From assembly GCA_002104945.1 (NCBI GenBank), contig MCFH01000009.1, forward strand, positions 248,001 to 312,000: a stretch of 64,000 nt of DNA. Direction: 5' to 3'. The stretch's first letter is position 1; every line of letters starts with the position of its first letter. Shown one piece after another: positions 58,530 to 64,000 of the stretch. Under the pieces are notes generated by a model. The model was not told the origin of the DNA. It saw only the letters and a list, made by a program, of their open reading frames with translations, and made no database searches. Source of the stretch: Piromyces finnis finn. Lineage: Eukaryota; Fungi; Neocallimastigomycota. The translations under genes were made by a program, and so were the position numbers.

Positions 58530-59947
58530 TTTAAGATTTTATAATATTAATATTACTATTGCTATGTATTATGTTTTAGCCAATTTTATAATATAATAAT
58601 ATAGAAAATGTTTTGTTTCAATATGAATGAAAATTAAATAATATTTATGAAATGATTAAATATTTATAAAAAAAAAAAAAAATTAGTAGTGATTTTTCTT
58701 TTGATATATATATTAATAAAAGAAAATATTTCTTTTTAACAGTATAATTGAAAGAAAATTATAATAAAAAATAATTAAATGAACTGATATTTATATAATT
58801 ATGGTAAATTTATATAAAAAAGAAAGTTCAAATTATTATAAATTAAGTATTTTAAGTTTTTATTTTTGGTATTAACACAATTGAAATTAACGGTAATGTA
58901 TATAATGTATATACCAAAATAAAAATTAAATATATTTATATTAGAAAACTAAAATGATTTGACAATTAATAATATTTATATTATAACTTTATTATATTTA
59001 AAGTATTGAAATTAAAACAATATTTAATAAAAATATAAGAAGGGGAAAAAAAAGAAAAAAATCAAAAGTCACATTAATTGAATTATAGTATTAGTTTCAT
59101 TTTTATTTAAAGTATTTGCTTACATTTATTATTTTTACTAAATATAAACCACAATTTCTTTTTTTTTTTAAATATATTAAAAGTAGTTAATTTATAAAAT
59201 AATATTGGAAATATTTCTAATAACAATAATAATGCTTAACGAAGTACATATTTGTGTAGTATTGAATTTTTAATTAAAAAGAAATTAGGAAAGAATTAAA
59301 GTAAAAATATAGATAAATATAATAATATTAAAAATAAAATTACATGTATTTAAGGAACATAATAAATACTAAAAAAGAAATATAAATATAAATTATTTTA
59401 TTTTTTAAATTTTTCTTTCTTATTTAATCTAACCTTTTAAAACATACTAATAATGTCTTTAAGGCATTATTAATTTTTTTTTAGTTATGTAGATTACATT
59501 TTTAAAAAATAATAAAATGAAATATATTTATTCTAACCAATAAAAAAAAAAAATAATTAAATTTATTTTGATTTATATATTATTTTCTATTGACTAATAT
59601 ATTACAATAAATTAATTTTTTGTTGTAAATTGTATCTTTTAAAATTTTTTTATTTTTTTTTCTTTATTAAAAAGTAATGATAAAATAGAAAATATTGTAA
59701 AATAATAAAATAAAATAAAATTAAATTTAATTGAAGAAGTGTATCAAAAAAGAGAAAATATCCAACCAATTTTACAATAATAAATTATATATATTCCAAG
59801 TTTTAATAATATTGTTTTATTTTATTTAATATTTTCTATTTTCATTTCATTTTTTTGTTTTTTTAAATTTTGAATTATATTTCCCAATCATTTAATTGTT
59901 TAAAAATTTAATATAATATTTTCTTTATGAATTGTTAATAAATTAAT

Positions 59948-62900
59948 ATGGCCGAAAATATACAAAAACAAACACAGTATCAATATACAGCTAATAGTAA
60001 TCTTGTTTTACAAGCTGATCGTTCTTCTTTACCACGTCGTAATCAAGAACCAAGTGGTGAACCAGAAACATTATGGGGTAAAATTAATCCAAAAGATTTT
60101 GGTGATAGAGCTCAAAGAACTTTTAACGAAGAAAAAGAAAAAAGAGAAAAAAGAAAGAAGGAAAGAGATGAAAAGAGAAAACAAAAGGGATATAATTCAT
60201 TAGAAAGACCAAGAAAGAAGAAGAAGGAGAGGTATAGTTAAATTAATGCAATTTATGAAGTAAAAAAAAAATTACCATTTTTTTTATATATAGTAGCTAA
60301 TAGATAATTTAATTGAAGTGATCATACTTTTCTTTTTTCTATTTTAAAATTAAACATATTTTTAATTTATATATTATCTATTGAATAATATATTAATAAA
60401 ATGAATTATTTTTTTTTATTTTAAGAAATCATTAAAATTTATTTTAATAATGTATTAATATTTTTTAAATTATTAAATCTAAATTCATATTATTATTTGC
60501 TTTTACATATATGGAAAATTTATTATGAAGTCTATTTATGGGTCATGAAGATATTTTATCTGCAACAGATAATTTCGAAGGTTTGTCATATCAACCAAAA
60601 ACTAAAGAAACACAACAATCTTACGAATTTTTATTATCATTTATTCAAAAAAATCTTGGAGATATTCAACAAGATGTTTTGAGAGATGCAACAGATGAAG
60701 TAATTACAATATTAAAAGATTCAAATTTAAAAGATTTTGATAAGAAAAAATCAGTTGAAGAAATTATTGGTGAATTATCATCAGATCAATTTGCAAGATT
60801 AGTTAATTTAGGTAAGCAAATTACAGATTATAATCAAGATCAAAATGAGAATGTTAATGATGAAGATGGAATGGCAAGAGATACTGCTATTGATGAAGAA
60901 TATGGTGTTGCTGTTGTATTTGATGATGATGAAGATTTACAAGACGATGAAGATGAAATTAGAGATGATGACTCTGACGATTCAGAGGAAGGTCAAGAAA
61001 CTACAACTGATATGTTTTTAAAATCAGCAACAAATAAAGATGAATTAGAACAAGAGGGTGATTCAGAAGAGGATGATTTTACTACAGTAATTCATACTGA
61101 TTCAAAAATGAGTTTTAGTAATGCAGGAAATAATGAACCAGAAGCTGTACAACCACACGATGTTGATGCTTTCTGGCTTCAAAGAAAAATATCTCAATAT
61201 TATCATGACGCTCATACTGCTCAAGAAAAAACTTCAGCAACTTTTGATATTTTATCTTCAGCAGCAGATCCACGTGATTGTGAAAATGAATTAATGAATC
61301 TTTATGATTATAATAATTTTGAATTAGTAAAATTATTAACAAGAAATAGAGATGTTGTTGTTTGGTGTACAAAACTTGCACGTGCTACACCTGTAGAACG
61401 TATTGGTATAGAAAAAGAAATGACTGATAATGGAAAAGAATATATACTGAAACAATTAAGTGATGCTCCAACACAAAAAGCTGAAGGCAAACACCGTAAG
61501 GGTGTAGTTGAAGATGCAATGGAATTAGACGATAAACCAAATAAGCCATTACCACCATCTGCTTCAGCAACTGTATCATCAGGTGTTAAATCTAAAAGTA
61601 AAACTTTAACACCAAAACAAAATATTGATATTGATTCACTTATATTTACCCAAGGTAATCATTTAATGTCAAATAAAAAGTGTAAACTTCCAAATGGATC
61701 ATTTAAACGTTCAAAAGGTAATTATGAAGAAATACATATTCCTGCTCCTAAGCCAAAAAAATTTGAAGATGATGAAAAACTTATTCCAATTACTGAATTA
61801 CCTGAATGGGCAAGACAAGGTTTCCCAAATGCTAAATCATTAAATAGAGTTCAAAGTCGTGTATATCCAACTGCTTTTGAAAGTGATGAAAATCTTTTAC
61901 TTTGTGCTCCTACAGGTGCAGGTAAGACAAATGTTGCTATGTTAACTATTCTTAGAGAAATTAATAAGAATCGTAATCCAAAGACAGGTGAAATTAATAT
62001 GGATGCATTTAAGATTGTATATGTTGCTCCAATGAAGGCATTAGTTCAAGAAATGGTAGGAAACTTTTCTACTAGATTAAAACATTTTAATATTAAAGTT
62101 GCTGAATTGACAGGTGATCGTCAATTAACTAAACAACAAATTACTGAAACTCAAATTATTGTTACTACTCCAGAAAAATGGGATATTATTACTCGTAAAG
62201 GCTCAGATAAATCATATACAAATTTAGTACGTTTATTAATTATTGATGAAATTCATTTATTACATGATGATAGAGGTCCAGTATTAGAAAGTATTGTTAG
62301 TAGAACATTAAGACAAATTGAACAAACACAAGAATATGTTCGTCTTGTTGGTCTTAGTGCAACATTACCAAATTATGTTGATGTTGCTACATTTTTGAGA
62401 GTTGATCTTAAAACAGGTTTATTTTATTTTGATAATAGCTATCGTCCATGTCCATTAAATCAACAATATATTGGTATATCAGAAAAGAAAGCAATTAAGC
62501 GTTATCATTTAATGAATGAAATTACTTACGAAAAAGTTATGGAATCTGTAGGTAAGGAACAAATTTTAATTTTCACACATTCTCGTAAAGAAACAGCACG
62601 TACAGCAAAGATCATTCGTGATATGGCTATTGAAAAAGATACAATAGGCCAAATTTTAAAAAATGATTCTGCTAGTCAAGAAATTTTACAAAGTGAATCA
62701 GCTACTGTAAAGAATGAGGATTTGAAGGATGTACTTCCATATGGTTTTGCTATTCACCATGCTGGTATGAGCCGTGCTGATCGTACTTTAGTAGAAGATC
62801 TTTTCACTGATGGTTATGTTAAGGTTCTTGTTTCAACAGCAACATTAGCTTGGGGTGTTAATTTACCAGCTCACACTGTTATTATTAAAGGTACTCAAGT

Positions 62901-64000
62901 TTATTCTCCAGAAAAGGGTAGTTGGGTTGAACTTTCACCACAAGATATTCTTCAAATGTTAGGTCGTGCTGGTCGTCCTCAATATGATGTAAATGGTGAA
63001 GGTATTATTATTACATCTCAAACTGAATTACAATACTACCTTTCATTACTTAATCAACAATTACCAATTGAATCTCAATTCATGAAGCGTTTAGCTGATA
63101 ACTTAAATGCAGAAGTTGTTTTAGGTACTATTAGAAATTGTAATGATGCAGTTCAATGGCTCGGTTACACTTATTTATATGTTAGAATGTTAAGAAATCC
63201 AGCATTATATGGTATTTCACAAGAAGAATTAGAAGAAGATCCATTTTTGGAACAAAAGAGAATTGACTTGATTCACAGTGCTGCCATAATATTAGATAAA
63301 TGTAATTTAATTAAATATGACAGAAAACTTGGTAAAATACAAGTTACTGAACTTGGTCGTATTGCAAGTCATTACTATATTTCACATAATTCTATGTCTA
63401 TTTATAATCAACATTTAAAGCCAATGATGAGCATTGTCGATTTATTCAGAGTATTTGCATTATCAGATGAATTTAAGTATATTCCAGTAAGAGAAGAAGA
63501 AAAATTGGAATTACAAAAATTATTGGAAAGAGTTCCAATTCCAGTAAAGGAGAGTGTTGAAGAACCAACCGCCAAAACAAATGTTCTTCTTCAAGCTTAT
63601 ATTTCACAATTAAAATTGGAAGGTTTTGCTTTAATGGCTGATATGGTTTATATTACTCAAAGTGCTGGAAGAATTTTAAGAGCTATATTTGAAATTTGCC
63701 TTAAGCGTGAATGGGCTCAATTATCAAGAAAGGCATTGGAACTTTGTAAAATGGTTAGTCATCGTATATGGTTATCTATGAATCCTTTGAGACAATTTAA
63801 GGATATTCCACATGATATTATTAAAAGATTAGAAAAGAAAGAATTTTCATGGGACAGATATTATGATTTAAATCCACAAGAACTTGGTGAATTAGCACAT
63901 CTTCCAAAAGCAGGAAAATTAATTTATAAGTATGTCCATCAATTCCCAAAATTAGAATTAGAAGCTCATGTTCAACCAATTACTCGTTCATTATTAAGAG
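59948..64000 (+). CDS. BRR2: U5 snRNP 200-kDa helicase Brr2, 5' part (runs off the window)
   Basis: YQYTANSNLVLQADRS, EPSGEPETLWGKI; intron 60232-60530; YQPKTKET, PWI-like DVDAFWLQRKI, LLCAPTGAGKTNVA, IIDEIH, LSATLPN, QMLGRAGRPQYD, then the Sec63 region. Confidence 0.98.

Overview
Extremely AT-rich, intron-rich eukaryotic DNA. Fungal-type housekeeping genes occur alongside motile-flagellum genes, which points to a zoosporic fungus, most likely an anaerobic gut fungus (Neocallimastigomycota; inference). Left to right: a near-intact single-ORF non-LTR retrotransposon with one premature stop; ASF1(-); CFAP69(+); DRC7(+); a GRIPAP1-like coiled-coil protein(-); a LOA1/VPS66-type acyltransferase(-); LRRC34(+); a GDPD-fold protein lacking its catalytic residues(-); an unannotated 48-aa basic ORF(-); RNase H2A(+); a PQ-loop protein with a long disordered tail(+); a large TPR protein(+); a protein with a degenerate kinesin motor domain(+); a coiled-coil orphan(-); and the 5' part of BRR2(+). 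Headline: CFAP69 and DRC7, two adjacent flagellar genes, each need an AT-AC intron to keep their reading frame. Both introns share an identical 5' site (ATATCCTTTTTAT) and an identical branch-like box (TCTTTAACTT), the signature of minor (U12) spliceosome substrates, which GT-AG-only gene predictors would mis-model. Other notable items are an intron made almost entirely of (ATA)67, two apparent pseudoenzymes and a structured 3' end on the retrotransposon. Gene models and family assignments were made by eye from motifs and splice phases, without database searches. No rRNA, tRNA or CRISPR array was recognised.
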